A stretch of DNA of 64,000 nucleotides from Parcubacteria group bacterium. Lineage in GTDB: Bacteria; Patescibacteriota; Minisyncoccia; JACPHC01. The stretch covers positions 31,333 to 95,332 of the forward strand of contig JACPHC010000010.1 in the NCBI GenBank assembly GCA_016188775.1, read 5' to 3'. Positions 1-9,601 of this stretch are shown here, piece by piece. Made by a program: the position numbers and the translations under genes. The notes under the pieces are model-generated. The model ran no database searches and was not told the DNA's origin. It saw only the letters and a list, made by a program, of their open reading frames with translations. How positions within the stretch are numbered: position 1 is the stretch's first letter; each line of letters starts with the position of its first letter.

Positions 1-2
1 AA

Positions 3-317
3 TGCGAATATTACGCTCTTGAAGGATTGTCCCAGCTTTTCAGCACCATCGATTTGGTCAGGGAGAATTTGGGCGCTAATCCTAAAATCTTGGGAGCGGT
101 TTTGACGATGTTTGATCGAAAATCGCGTTTGAGCCGCGCGGTCTCAAAAGAAATTAAAAATAATTTTCCCGGATATGTTTTTGAAGCGATGATTCCCCGA
201 AATATTTCTTTAGCCGAGGCGCCCAGTTTCGGCAAATCAATTTTTCGTTACGACCCTTATTCGCACGGCGCCAAGGCTTATAGGCAATTAGCCGAAGAAG
301 TGATTAAAATGGTATAA
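3..317 (+). CDS. parA: ParA/Soj chromosome partitioning ATPase, C-terminal part (truncated by window edge)
   Basis: CEYYALEG...LTMFD...IPRNISLAEAPSFGKSI..YDP.S.GA.AY motifs; directly upstream of parB. Confidence 0.93.
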   Translation, partial: CEYYALEGLSQLFSTIDLVRENLGANPKILGAVLTMFDRKSRLSRAVSKEIKNNFPGYVFEAMIPRNISLAEAPSFGKSIFRYDPYSHGAKAYRQLAEEVIKMV

Positions 318-323
318 TTAATT

Positions 324-1232
324 ATGGCCAAATCAAGATTGGGAAGGGGACTTTCGTCTCTTATTCCTCAAAAAAAATCAAAAGCCCAAAACGAGCGGGA
401 GAATTTTAACGGCAATGGCTATGAAAATAACGGGAAAACTGAAAGCATTTTTTGGATTGAAATTGAAAAAATCCAGGCGAATCCGGAACAGCCGCGTCAG
501 GAATTCGACAAGGAAAGCTTGGAAGAGCTGGCGGATTCAATTCGCCGCCATGGCATTATTCAGCCCTTGGTAGTGACGAAAATAGAGACGCCGAGCGCTA
601 AAGGCATTGATGTTTCTTATCAGTTAATTGCCGGCGAGCGTCGGCTGAAAGCCGCCAAAATGGCCGGACTTTATCAAGTGCCGTCAATTATTCGCCGGAT
701 GGAATCCGAAAAAGAAAAATTGGAAGTGGCTTTAGTTGAAAATATTCAAAGAAAAGATTTAAATCCGATGGAAAAAGCCGAGGCCTATTTACGGCTGGCT
801 AAGGAGTTTAATTTGACTCAAGCGGAAGTCGGCAAAAAGGTGGGTAAATCAAGGGAATCGGTGGCTAACGCCATTCGTTTGCTTGAATTGCCGTCGGATA
901 TGAAACAAGCGCTTCGCGAAGGGAGGATTTCCGAAGGCCACGCTCGGGCGATTTTGGCCGCCGGCAACCAAGATCATCAAAAAGAAATTTTTTCAGCGAT
1001 TTTAACCGGCGGAGTTTCAGTCAGAAAAACCGAAGAGTTGATCGCTTCCAAAAATATTAAAATAAAATTAGATGCCGATCCTTATGTCAAACAGCTGATC
1101 AGCCGCTTGGAAGACAGATTAAACACGAAAGTTAAATTAAAAGGAAAAACGCATCGCGGCGTTTTGGCCATTGATTATTATTCAAAAGAAGAATTGCAAA
1201 ATATAGCCGATAAAATCGCTCCGGAAGAATAA
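324..1232 (+). CDS. parB: ParB/Spo0J partition protein
   Basis: LGRGLSSLI, NPEQPR, LIAGERRL, ENIQRKDLN and HTH motifs. Confidence 0.96.
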   Translation: MAKSRLGRGLSSLIPQKKSKAQNERENFNGNGYENNGKTESIFWIEIEKIQANPEQPRQEFDKESLEELADSIRRHGIIQPLVVTKIETPSAKGIDVSYQLIAGERRLKAAKMAGLYQVPSIIRRMESEKEKLEVALVENIQRKDLNPMEKAEAYLRLAKEFNLTQAEVGKKVGKSRESVANAIRLLELPSDMKQALREGRISEGHARAILAAGNQDHQKEIFSAILTGGVSVRKTEELIASKNIKIKLDADPYVKQLISRLEDRLNTKVKLKGKTHRGVLAIDYYSKEELQNIADKIAPEE

Positions 1233-1257
1233 AAGCCCCTTTATTTCGGGGCTTTTT
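1231..1257. terminator. Intrinsic terminator, probably bidirectional
   Basis: AAAAGCCCC-tttatttc-GGGGCTTTT between convergent genes. Confidence 0.7.
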
Positions 1258-1466
1258 CAATTTTATGAGCGCAGTCGCAGCAGGTTCGTGTTTTTTCGCT
1301 CCATTCAGCATTATTTATAATCATTTTTTTTGCAATTTGGGCACAATCTTTTTATTTCGTAATGACGTAAAAATTTTTCTCTTAAATATAAAGTTAATAC
1401 AAGAAAAAACACAAGAAATAAAATAAAAATTGTTGCCGCTATTCATGGTTTTTCAAAACGATTCAT
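1241..1466 (-). pseudogene. Degraded tandem paralogue of the adjacent TM + zinc-ribbon protein
   Basis: Manual translation MNRFEKP*IAATIFILFLVFFLVLTLYLREKFLRHYEIKRLCPNCKK, then after a frameshift in an A8 run MIINNAEWSEKTRTCCDCAHK; aligns with 1463-1705; its ATG overlaps that gene's TGA. Confidence 0.7.
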
Positions 1467-1705
1467 CTTTCCTCCTTAATTTTTTTATATTCCTTTTCCG
1501 CGCAAGTTTGGCAAATTTTTATTTTTGGATCGTTTAACGACCAAGTTAAAAAATTAACTTCGGCCTTACAGGAGGGGCAGATGATTTTTATGATATATTG
1601 ACGAAGAGCTTTTTCTCTTAGCCATGCCGATAAAATTATTCCGAAAATTAAAAAGATTCCAAAAGCTCCAAGAGCTAACCATGGATTTAAAATAGTGTTT
1701 ATCAT
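1463..1705 (-). CDS. Small membrane protein with CxxC...CxxC zinc ribbon
   Basis: N-terminal hydrophobic helix, CPSC and CQTC motifs. Confidence 0.75.
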   Translation of the reverse strand: MINTILNPWLALGAFGIFLIFGIILSAWLREKALRQYIIKIICPSCKAEVNFLTWSLNDPKIKICQTCAEKEYKKIKEER

Positions 1706-1767
1706 TTTTTTTCTCCTCTTTGTTAAAGATCAATTTTTATAAAAGTACAATAATCAACCGTCAATCG

Positions 1768-3498
1768 TCAAGTTTTTACAATCAATTTATGGCTGATTTC
1801 CGCCACGCCTTTAATGCCTTTTATTTTTGTCACCAAGGGAGGCAGTTGGCTTTTTTCCCTTAATCTTAAAGTCAGGCAAAGAGGCGAGCCTTTTTCTTTT
1901 GATTCGTTGAAAATATTTTCAATGTTTATTTTTGAAGCCGAGACGACAGAGCTGACCTCCTTAATCAAACCGATTCTGTCTCTTTCAAAAACAATGCGAA
2001 GTTCGGCTCGAGGAATTTTTTCCGCCTCCCATTGGGAAAGTCCGGAAAATTTACTTTGCTTTATAATTTTTCTGATTCGGTTTTTGGCAAAGCTGGTCTG
2101 AACAAATTCAAACCAGTCCGGCGACGGCTTTTTATTTTTTTGAATGACAATTTCAACAACATCCCCGTTTTTTAATTTTGTGTTTAAAGGCGCTATCCGA
2201 TTGTTGATTTTGGCGCCGGCGCAGGCGTCGCCAATTTCGGTGTGAATTTGGTAGGCAAAATCAACCGGCGTTGAGCCTTCCGGTAGATCAATGATTTGGC
2301 CTTTGGGCGTTAAGACGAAAATCCGATCCTGAAAAAAATCAATTTTTAGTCTTTCCAAGAATTCCTCCGGCTTGGAAAATTCTTTTTGCCATTCGGAAAG
2401 TTGTTTGACCCAGGCTAAGTTTTGCTCATCCGTTTCTATTTTTTTCCCCGTTTTGCCGGATTCGGAATAAAGCCAGTGAGCCACGATGCCGTATTCGGCT
2501 TCAGCATGCATTTCTTGGGTGCGGATTTGAAATTCAACGATTTTTTCGTCTTGGCAAAAAACGGTCGTGTGCAGCGAACGATAGCCATTGGGTTTCGGCA
2601 GGGCGATGTAATCTTTAATCCGGCCCGGCAAAGGTTTCCAGATTTTGTGAATCGCGCCCAAGGCGCCGTAGCAGGAAGCGAGGTCGGGCAGTATCAGGCG
2701 AACCGCCACTAAATCGTGCATTAAGTCCAGGTTCATTTCGTGTTTTAAAAGTTTTTGCCAGAGACTGAAATAATGTTTGGCCCGGTAATCAAAACGCAAA
2801 GGCGTTATGTTTTCTTTTTTTAATTCGGCTAAAATTATCGGCGTCACTTTTTCCAAATATTTTTCCCTTTCTTCGTAGCGGTTGCCGACATTAGCCATAA
2901 TCCAGCTATATTCCTCGGGCCATAAATAGCCGAAAGCCAAATCTTCAAGTTTACCTTTAATTTCTCCAATGCCCAACCGGTGCGCTAGCGGGGCGTAGAT
3001 TTCAATGGTTTCTTGGGCGATGCGGCGCCGTTTTCTTTCCGGAACATAATGGAGCGTTTCCATGTTATGAAGTCGATCGGCCAGTTTGATCAGAATAACT
3101 CTGATGTCTTGGGCCATGGCCAAAATCATTTTTCTTAAATTTTCCGCTTCTCGGGCGACGCCGTGATATTTTATTTTTCCGAGTTTAGTCACGCCATTGA
3201 CCAAAAAAACTATATCTTTTCCAAAATGACGCTCAATTTCTTCCTGATCCATCGGATGAGCCGCGTCATCTTCCAGGGTGTCGTGAAGCAGAGAGGCGGC
3301 GATGGTCGCTCCATCAAGCTTGAGGCGGGTTAAAATTTTGGCCGCGGCCAGCGGATGGCCGATGTAGTCTTCGTCGGAATATCTTTTTTGCCCTTGGTGA
3401 GAAATTTTGGCAAATTGAAAAGCTTTCCGAATCATTTCTTCGTCTTGGGGCGATTGATTATATTTTTTAAAATCTTTGATTATTGGTTCTATGTTCAT
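1768..3498 (-). CDS. RelA/SpoT family (p)ppGpp synthetase/hydrolase (HD, synthetase, TGS, ACT)
   Basis: LLHDTLED, KLADRLHNMETL, DYIALPKPNGYRSLHT, TPVDFAY motifs. Confidence 0.95.
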   Translation of the reverse strand: MNIEPIIKDFKKYNQSPQDEEMIRKAFQFAKISHQGQKRYSDEDYIGHPLAAAKILTRLKLDGATIAASLLHDTLEDDAAHPMDQEEIERHFGKDIVFLVNGVTKLGKIKYHGVAREAENLRKMILAMAQDIRVILIKLADRLHNMETLHYVPERKRRRIAQETIEIYAPLAHRLGIGEIKGKLEDLAFGYLWPEEYSWIMANVGNRYEEREKYLEKVTPIILAELKKENITPLRFDYRAKHYFSLWQKLLKHEMNLDLMHDLVAVRLILPDLASCYGALGAIHKIWKPLPGRIKDYIALPKPNGYRSLHTTVFCQDEKIVEFQIRTQEMHAEAEYGIVAHWLYSESGKTGKKIETDEQNLAWVKQLSEWQKEFSKPEEFLERLKIDFFQDRIFVLTPKGQIIDLPEGSTPVDFAYQIHTEIGDACAGAKINNRIAPLNTKLKNGDVVEIVIQKNKKPSPDWFEFVQTSFAKNRIRKIIKQSKFSGLSQWEAEKIPRAELRIVFERDRIGLIKEVSSVVSASKINIENIFNESKEKGSPLCLTLRLREKSQLPPLVTKIKGIKGVAEISHKLIVKT

Positions 3499-3499
3499 T

Positions 3500-5593
3500 T
3501 TACATTTCCTTAAAATCGCAGGTTTTGTTTGAGCACTTTATTTGATTTCTCAAAGTTTTGACCAAAAGGGAGCCGCATTGGGGACATTTTTGGCCGGTGG
3601 GTTCGTCCCAGAGGGCAAAATCGCATTCCGGATACCTGGAGCAGCCGTAAAAAAATTTTCCTTTTCTGGTCCGTTTTTTAACGATTTCGCCTTTTTCGCA
3701 TTTCAGGCATTTAAGGCCAATGGTATTTTTAATCGGTTTGGCGTTGCGGCATTCCGGAAAGCCGGTGCAAGCCAAAAATTTTCCGAATCGGGACATTTTT
3801 ATCACCATCGGTTTGCCGCATTTTTCGCAAACTTCTTCGGTTTTTTCCTCTATTTTTTCTTTTTTGACTTCCTCATATTTTTCTTCCAGATTTTTTTTGA
3901 AAGGGCCGTAAAAATCATTAAGCAGCGTTTCGTATTTTATTTCGCCTTCGGCGATTTTATCAAGCCCTTCTTCCATTTGGGCCGTAAATTCCAAATCAAC
4001 TATTTTGGGAAAATGTTGGACGAGAATTTTATTGACTAAAATTCCCATTTCGGTCGGAGCCAGTCTTTTTTGATCGTTTTTTTGAACATAGCCGCGTTCT
4101 TGGATAGTGGAAAGAGTCGGAGCGTAAGTGGAGGGGCGGCCAATGCCGTTTTTTTCCAACGTTTTAATCAAAGAAGCTTCGGAATATCGGGCCGGCGGTT
4201 CTGTAAAATGCTGGAGAGGTTTTAATTCAAGAAGTTTGAGTTCGTCTTTTTCTTTGAGTTCGGGCAGAATTATTTCTTCTTTTTTTGACGGGTAAATTTT
4301 TAAAAAGCCGTCGAATTTAATAATGGAACCGCTGGCCCGAAAGATGTGTAATTTTTTATCAACATCGTTTTTGGCCTCGATGTCGTAATGCGTGTTTGAG
4401 AAAACGGCGTCGCTCATTTGCGAGGCGACGAATCTTCTCCAGATGAGGTCATAGACCTTAAACTGGCGGCTGTCCAGATATTTTTGAACTGACTCGGGAG
4501 TTCTGATCGCTTCAGTCGGCCTAATGGCTTCGTGCGCTTCTTGGGCGGTTTTGGATTTGGTTTTGTATAATCTTTTTCGCCAATAATTTTCGCCCATCTC
4601 TTTTTTAATATAAGCTTCGGCCGATTCTTGGGCGGACTCGGCGATATTAAGCGAATCGGTTCTCATATAGGTGATCAGGCCGGTTGTCCCTTCTTCGCCG
4701 ATTTCAACGCCTTCATATAATTGCTGGGCGAGCATCATTGTTTGTTTGGCCGAGAAATGATATTTAGCCCAAGCTTCTTGTTGAAGGGTGCTGGTGGAAA
4801 AAGGCGGCGAGGGTGATTTATTTATTTCTTTTTTTTCAATTTTCGCGATCAGCCAATTCCTATTGGCTAAATTTTTTAAAATGTTTTCCGCCTCGTTTTT
4901 CGTTTTAATCGCGAATTTTTCCAAAACCTTATCGTCAATCTTGATCAGCAAAGCCTCAATCGTTATCTCGTCTTTTTTCGGTTTTAATAAAGCGGCGATC
5001 GTCCAGTATTCTTCCGGTTGGAAATTTTTAATTTCTTCTTCCCGTTCGACAATTAGCCGAACAGCGACAGATTGGACTCGGCCGGCTGACAAGCCTTTAG
5101 CCACCTTTTTCCATAAAAACGGAGAAAGCTCGTAGCCGACCAGGCGATCTAAAATTCTCCGGCCTTGCTGAGCGTTAACTAGATTCATATCAATTTCGCG
5201 AGAATGCTTTAGGGCGTTTTCAATGGCCGATTTGGTGATTTCATGAAAAACAATTCTTTCTATCGTTTTTTCTTTTTCTTTTTTCGTTTTGACCTCATCA
5301 AGGCCTAAGGCTTTGGCCAGGTGCCAGGCGATAGCTTCTCCTTCCCGGTCTTCGTCAGTGGCCAGAATAATATTTTCCGATTCTTCCGCCGCTTCTTTGA
5401 GTTCTTTAACGTGTTTTTTCGCTTTGGCGGGAATGATATATTTGGGAATAAAATTATGCTCGACATCCACGCCGATTTTACTTTTGGGCAGATCCCGGAC
5501 ATGGCCGTAAGAGGATTCAACGCGATAATCTTTCCCTAAAAATCGGGAAATTGTTTTGGCTTTGGTTGGTGATTCAACTATGACGAGTTTCAT
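3500..5593 (-). CDS. topA: DNA topoisomerase I
   Basis: LVIVESPTKAKTI, ATDEDREGE, SAGRVQS, ITYMRTDS and C-terminal zinc ribbons. Confidence 0.97.
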   Translation of the reverse strand: MKLVIVESPTKAKTISRFLGKDYRVESSYGHVRDLPKSKIGVDVEHNFIPKYIIPAKAKKHVKELKEAAEESENIILATDEDREGEAIAWHLAKALGLDEVKTKKEKEKTIERIVFHEITKSAIENALKHSREIDMNLVNAQQGRRILDRLVGYELSPFLWKKVAKGLSAGRVQSVAVRLIVEREEEIKNFQPEEYWTIAALLKPKKDEITIEALLIKIDDKVLEKFAIKTKNEAENILKNLANRNWLIAKIEKKEINKSPSPPFSTSTLQQEAWAKYHFSAKQTMMLAQQLYEGVEIGEEGTTGLITYMRTDSLNIAESAQESAEAYIKKEMGENYWRKRLYKTKSKTAQEAHEAIRPTEAIRTPESVQKYLDSRQFKVYDLIWRRFVASQMSDAVFSNTHYDIEAKNDVDKKLHIFRASGSIIKFDGFLKIYPSKKEEIILPELKEKDELKLLELKPLQHFTEPPARYSEASLIKTLEKNGIGRPSTYAPTLSTIQERGYVQKNDQKRLAPTEMGILVNKILVQHFPKIVDLEFTAQMEEGLDKIAEGEIKYETLLNDFYGPFKKNLEEKYEEVKKEKIEEKTEEVCEKCGKPMVIKMSRFGKFLACTGFPECRNAKPIKNTIGLKCLKCEKGEIVKKRTRKGKFFYGCSRYPECDFALWDEPTGQKCPQCGSLLVKTLRNQIKCSNKTCDFKEM

Positions 5594-5598
5594 TTTAT

Positions 5599-5637
5599 TT
5601 CACCCGCCAAAATTTCTTTGAAATTTAGGCGGGTGAA
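5599..5637. repeat. Palindromic element family A, copy 1
   Basis: TTCACCCGCC-aaaatttctttgaaattta-GGCGGGTGAA; near-identical to 31880-31913. Confidence 0.85.
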
Positions 5638-5638
5638 T

Positions 5639-6731
5639 TTATATTACCATATAAATATCGCCGCCGATATTTTTAATATAGCCGTTAAGTTCCATCAGGA
5701 CTAAAGAAGTGATAATTTCATTAACGCTTCTTTCGCCTTTTTTTATAATTTCGTCAATATGAGTTGGCTCATTCATAAATTCAAGAATCTTTTTTTCCAA
5801 TTCATTTAAAGATTTTTTTTGTTTTTGTTCGGGATTTTCAAGGCCATATTCTTCCAAGACATCGTTGGCTTCCCGGACAAGTTTAGCCCATTTTAATCAG
5901 CGAATTCGGACCGATTGAATTTTCGGAAAAGATTGAGCCGGGTACGGCAAAAACATCGCGGTTTTGTTCCAGTGCGATGTCGGCCGTAATCAGGGCTCCG
6001 CTTTTGGCCTTAGCTTCAACGACAATTACGCCCTTGGAAAGACCGGAGATAATTCGATTCCTTAAAGGAAAATTTTGCGGCCAAGCTCCGGTGCCCAGAG
6101 GAAATTCCGAGATTAAAGCGCCGTTTTTGGCGATTTTTTTGGCCAGTTTTAAATTTTCTTTGGGATAAAGGTGAGCCTCGTCAAGGCCGGAACCCAAAAC
6201 CGCGATTGTCCGGCCGCCCGCCGACAGAGCGGCTTCATGAGCCGAGGCATCAATGCCCAAGGCCAAGCCGCTTACGATTGTCAGTCCGGCTTCAGCTAGT
6301 TTTTCGCTTAATTTTCGAGCGGTAGTGTCGCCGTATTGGCTTAAACGTCTGGTGCCGACAATGGCAATGGCCAGTTCGTCTTTTGGGTCCAGATTTCCTT
6401 TTATATACAAGAGAGCCGGCGCTTGGGGAATTTCTTTAAGCCGTAAAGGATAATTTTTATCTTTGATCGTTAAAAGTTCAATTTCTTCATCGGCTAATTT
6501 TTTAAATTCTTTTTCCGGATTTATTTTTTCTCTCTTTTTTTCAAATTGTTCAATTAATTCTTTTGTCTGAAGAGACGTTTCTCCTCTGGCAAAAACCGCT
6601 TCCAATTTTTCTCCGGATCCTTCCCAGGCATTTTTTAAAGATTTAAAATTTTTCATCAATCGGGCGAATCTTTGCGGCCCGAAAAGCCCGGTCAGGCTAA
6701 AAGCGTTAAAATATATTTTTTCCAAATCCAT
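5639..6731 (-). pseudogene. dprA: DNA-processing protein DprA, frameshifted near 5885 (Rossmann part 5883-6731, winged helix 5639-5857)
   Basis: IVGTR, IVSGLALGID, FPLRNRIISGLS motifs; ATG GGC TAA stop while the expected AKLVREANDVLEEYG continues in another frame. Confidence 0.85.
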
Positions 6732-6822
6732 TGAAACAATTTATACCGTAATTTAGCAACGAATGCAAATATCTTTTTTATTATTTTAATATTAAGATTG
6801 AAAGCGCTTTGCTTTACTATAT

Positions 6823-6864
6823 TTCACTACAATGACCTCACGATCGTGAGGTCATTGTAGTGAA
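6823..6864. repeat. 42-bp perfect palindrome, family B, copy 1
   Basis: TTCACTACAATGACCTCACGA|TCGTGAGGTCATTGTAGTGAA; relative at 61307-61350. Confidence 0.92.
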
Positions 6865-6887
6865 TAATTTACACTACTGGACGCCAG

Positions 6888-8840
6888 TTATTTTTTTAGT
6901 TTTTCAATCGCTTCATTGAGCAGTTGATAATAAAGATTCAATCCAACGGCATTAACGCAGCCGGATTGTTTGGCGCCAAGGATATTCCCGGCGCCGCGAA
7001 TTTTCAGGTCGGCCGTCGCGATTTCATAGCCGGCTCCCAAATGAGACATCTGACGCAAAGTCTCCAGCCGCTTTTTGGCTTTTTCCGGAATGCTTAAAGA
7101 GCGGTAAAGAAAATAAGCAAAAGCTTGCCGGTTGCCCCGGCCTACCCGGCCTCTTAATTGGTGCGCTTCGGCCAGACCCAAAAGCGATCCTTCTTCAACG
7201 ATCAGGGTGTTGACATTGGCTAAATCCAGGCCGTTTTCAATGATGGTCGTGGCCATTAAAACTTGAATTTTTTTCTCTCGAAAGTCTTGAATGATTTTAA
7301 GCAGAGATTTCTCGTTCATTCGGCCGTGAGCCGTTTCTATTTTCGGCCAATTTCCATGGCGGTTTTTCTTTAAAATCTTGATCAGATTTTTCTTGGCCGC
7401 TTCAATGGTTTCAATTCGGTTATGCAAAAAGAAAACTTGGCCGCCTCTCTGAAGTTCGTAATTAATCGCCTCTTGAATTATTTTTTTTGAGAACGGCAGG
7501 ACAAAAGTTTTAATCGGAGTTCTGCCCAGGGGCGCCTCGTCAATTCGCGAAAGCGACCTTAACGAAGAAAGAGCCAAAGAAAGAGTGCGGGGGATAGGGG
7601 TGGCCGATAAGCTTAAAATATCCAAAACAGCGCGCATCTTTTTCATTTTTTCTTTTTGGCGCACGCCGAATTTTTGCTCCTCGTCAATTATCAAAAGTCC
7701 GAGATTTTTAAATTCGATGTCCGGAGAAAGCAGGCGGTGGGTGCCGATAATAATGTCAATTTTGCCGTTTTTTAAATCAGCCAGAGTCTGTTTTGTTTCT
7801 TTTTTGGAAAAAAGACGGGAAACGCGCTCGATATTCAAAGGGAATTTTTTAAGCCGATTTTTAAAAGTTTCAAAATGCTGTTGGGCCAGTATTGTCGTTG
7901 GCGAAATCAAGGCGACCTGCGATCCGTTTAGAGCTACTCGAAAGGCCGCGCGCAGCGCGACTTCGGTTTTTCCAAAGCCGACATCGCCGACGACAATTCT
8001 ATCCATTGGGCGTTGACTTTCCAAATCCTTAAAAATTTCACTAATCGTTTTCTTTTGGCTTTCGGTTTCTTGATATTCAAAAGAATCCGTTAGCATTATT
8101 TCTAGGTGTCGGTCCGGAACATAAGGTTTTCGGCCGACCATTTCTCTTTTGGCGTAAATAGCGATTAATTCTTTGGCAAATTCAATTATATTTTCTTTGA
8201 TTTTTTTTCTGGTATTTCCCCAGAGAGGGCTGCCCAAGCGGTGAATTTTGGGAGTTTCAAATCCAAGATACGGGCTGATTTTTTCTTTGAGTCCAAAAGG
8301 AACAAAAAGCAAATCCGGACGACCGCCGATTTTAGGCGGAGCGTATTCTATGATGAAATATTTATTTTGTTTTTTTTCTTGAACGCCCCGAAAGATTCCA
8401 ATGCCGTGATCCAAGTGGACGACATAATCGCCGAGATTAAAGACATCCTCTTTTGATTTTTTGGGCTTTTGCCCGGACAACGTTGTCGGCTCTATTTCAA
8501 TAATTTCTTCAAGCCGGTTGTTTTCAAAATCAAGCCTGATAATTTTTTCAGAGTTTATCGGAAAGATGTCAATAATGCCGCCTTGTTTGGAAAATTCGCC
8601 GGCGGAAAAAACTTTGGAAACTTTTTTGTAGCCCAAATCGTCAAATTGTTTTAAAAGCCGGCTGATGGCAATGTTGTCGTCTTTTCGCAAAAAAAGAGTG
8701 TTTTTTTGGAAAAAAATCTGGGTTTTGGCCGAATTTTTTATTTGATGAAAATTTTCCGAAAACCACAAAACGGGCTTTTCCAAAAAAGAGGGGGTAAGCC
8801 CGGCGATTAAAATTTCTTTTTGTCTGATTAAATTATTCAT
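6888..8840 (-). CDS. mfd: Short Mfd-like (TRCF) SF2 translocase with CarD/RID domain, lacking the C-terminal TRCF domain
   Basis: GDYVVHLDHGIG, GDVGFGKT, DEEQKFG, SATPIPRT, QLRGRVGR; only 650 aa. Confidence 0.85.
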   Translation of the reverse strand: MNNLIRQKEILIAGLTPSFLEKPVLWFSENFHQIKNSAKTQIFFQKNTLFLRKDDNIAISRLLKQFDDLGYKKVSKVFSAGEFSKQGGIIDIFPINSEKIIRLDFENNRLEEIIEIEPTTLSGQKPKKSKEDVFNLGDYVVHLDHGIGIFRGVQEKKQNKYFIIEYAPPKIGGRPDLLFVPFGLKEKISPYLGFETPKIHRLGSPLWGNTRKKIKENIIEFAKELIAIYAKREMVGRKPYVPDRHLEIMLTDSFEYQETESQKKTISEIFKDLESQRPMDRIVVGDVGFGKTEVALRAAFRVALNGSQVALISPTTILAQQHFETFKNRLKKFPLNIERVSRLFSKKETKQTLADLKNGKIDIIIGTHRLLSPDIEFKNLGLLIIDEEQKFGVRQKEKMKKMRAVLDILSLSATPIPRTLSLALSSLRSLSRIDEAPLGRTPIKTFVLPFSKKIIQEAINYELQRGGQVFFLHNRIETIEAAKKNLIKILKKNRHGNWPKIETAHGRMNEKSLLKIIQDFREKKIQVLMATTIIENGLDLANVNTLIVEEGSLLGLAEAHQLRGRVGRGNRQAFAYFLYRSLSIPEKAKKRLETLRQMSHLGAGYEIATADLKIRGAGNILGAKQSGCVNAVGLNLYYQLLNEAIEKLKK

Positions 8841-8843
8841 TTT

Positions 8844-8997
8844 TAGATGGAGCGTAGGCTTGACTCGCGGAACCGTTGTCGGCTCGCCCCAGCGGCTCGC
8901 CGCAACTTAATTCTCGGCGCCAAAACTTTTGCTTCGCAAAAGACCAATCTTTTGGCGCCTCCGAGATATTCCGCTAAGCAAGTTTACGCTCCGTCTA
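8844..8997. repeat. 154-bp branched palindromic element with TAGA...TCTA ends
   Basis: 19-bp terminal IR TAGATGGAGCGTAGGCTTG / CAAGTTTACGCTCCGTCTA plus internal stems (GCGGAA/TTCCGC, GGCGCCAAAA/TTTTGGCGCC, TTTTGC-TTC-GCAAAA). Confidence 0.8.
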
Positions 8998-9016
8998 TTT
9001 TAAAATAATCATCCGT

Positions 9017-9553
9017 CTATTTAATTTTAATCTCAATATCTTCAATTGTTTCTTTAATGATCTTTTTTAAAGTTTTTTCTTCGTTGGGGGCGAATTTTTG
9101 CAAAACCAGTTTTTCCGCTTTCATTCTTCTTTTTTCTTTTGGCGGTCGAATGCCGACGCGAAAACGCCATAATTCATTGGTTTTTAAATTTTTAATAACT
9201 GACTCCACTCCTTTGTGGCCGGCCGAATGTTTGCCAAAAGAAATTTTGATTTTGCCGAATTCAATGTCTGAATCGTCGTGGACGACAAATATGTTCGCCG
9301 GTTTGATTTTGTAATATTTAGCCGCCAAGCCGGCCGATTTTCCGGAATTGTTCATAAAAGTTTCCGGCAGAAGAAGGATAATCCCGCTTTTTTTAATTTT
9401 TGTTTGAGCTATTTTTCCGAACGCTTTTTTGTCTTCACGAAATTCAATTCCCAGTTTTTTAGCCAGTGCTTCAACAACCCGTCTTCCTATGTTATGGCGG
9501 GTATTTTCATATTTTTTGCCCGGATTGCCTAAGCCGATGATGAGATATGACAT
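9017..9553 (-). CDS. pth: Peptidyl-tRNA hydrolase
   Basis: LIIGLGNPG..YENTRHNIG, PETFMNNSG, VVHDD, SAGHKG. Confidence 0.96.
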   Translation of the reverse strand: MSYLIIGLGNPGKKYENTRHNIGRRVVEALAKKLGIEFREDKKAFGKIAQTKIKKSGIILLLPETFMNNSGKSAGLAAKYYKIKPANIFVVHDDSDIEFGKIKISFGKHSAGHKGVESVIKNLKTNELWRFRVGIRPPKEKRRMKAEKLVLQKFAPNEEKTLKKIIKETIEDIEIKIK

Positions 9554-9581
9554 TGCAATTTTAGATAGATTATTATATAAT
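9553..9581 (+). promoter_or_regulatory. Sigma70-type promoter for the lepB-hisS unit
   Basis: TTGCAA-17 nt-TATAAT. Confidence 0.6.
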
Positions 9582-9601
9582 TAAAAAATTAAAAAAGCAA
9601 A

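Noticed and set aside
1443-1445. TGA read-through as evidence of an alternative genetic code
   Set aside because: TGA terminates many intact core genes here (tuf, rpsJ, rpsQ, clp), and the same ORF also has a frameshift.
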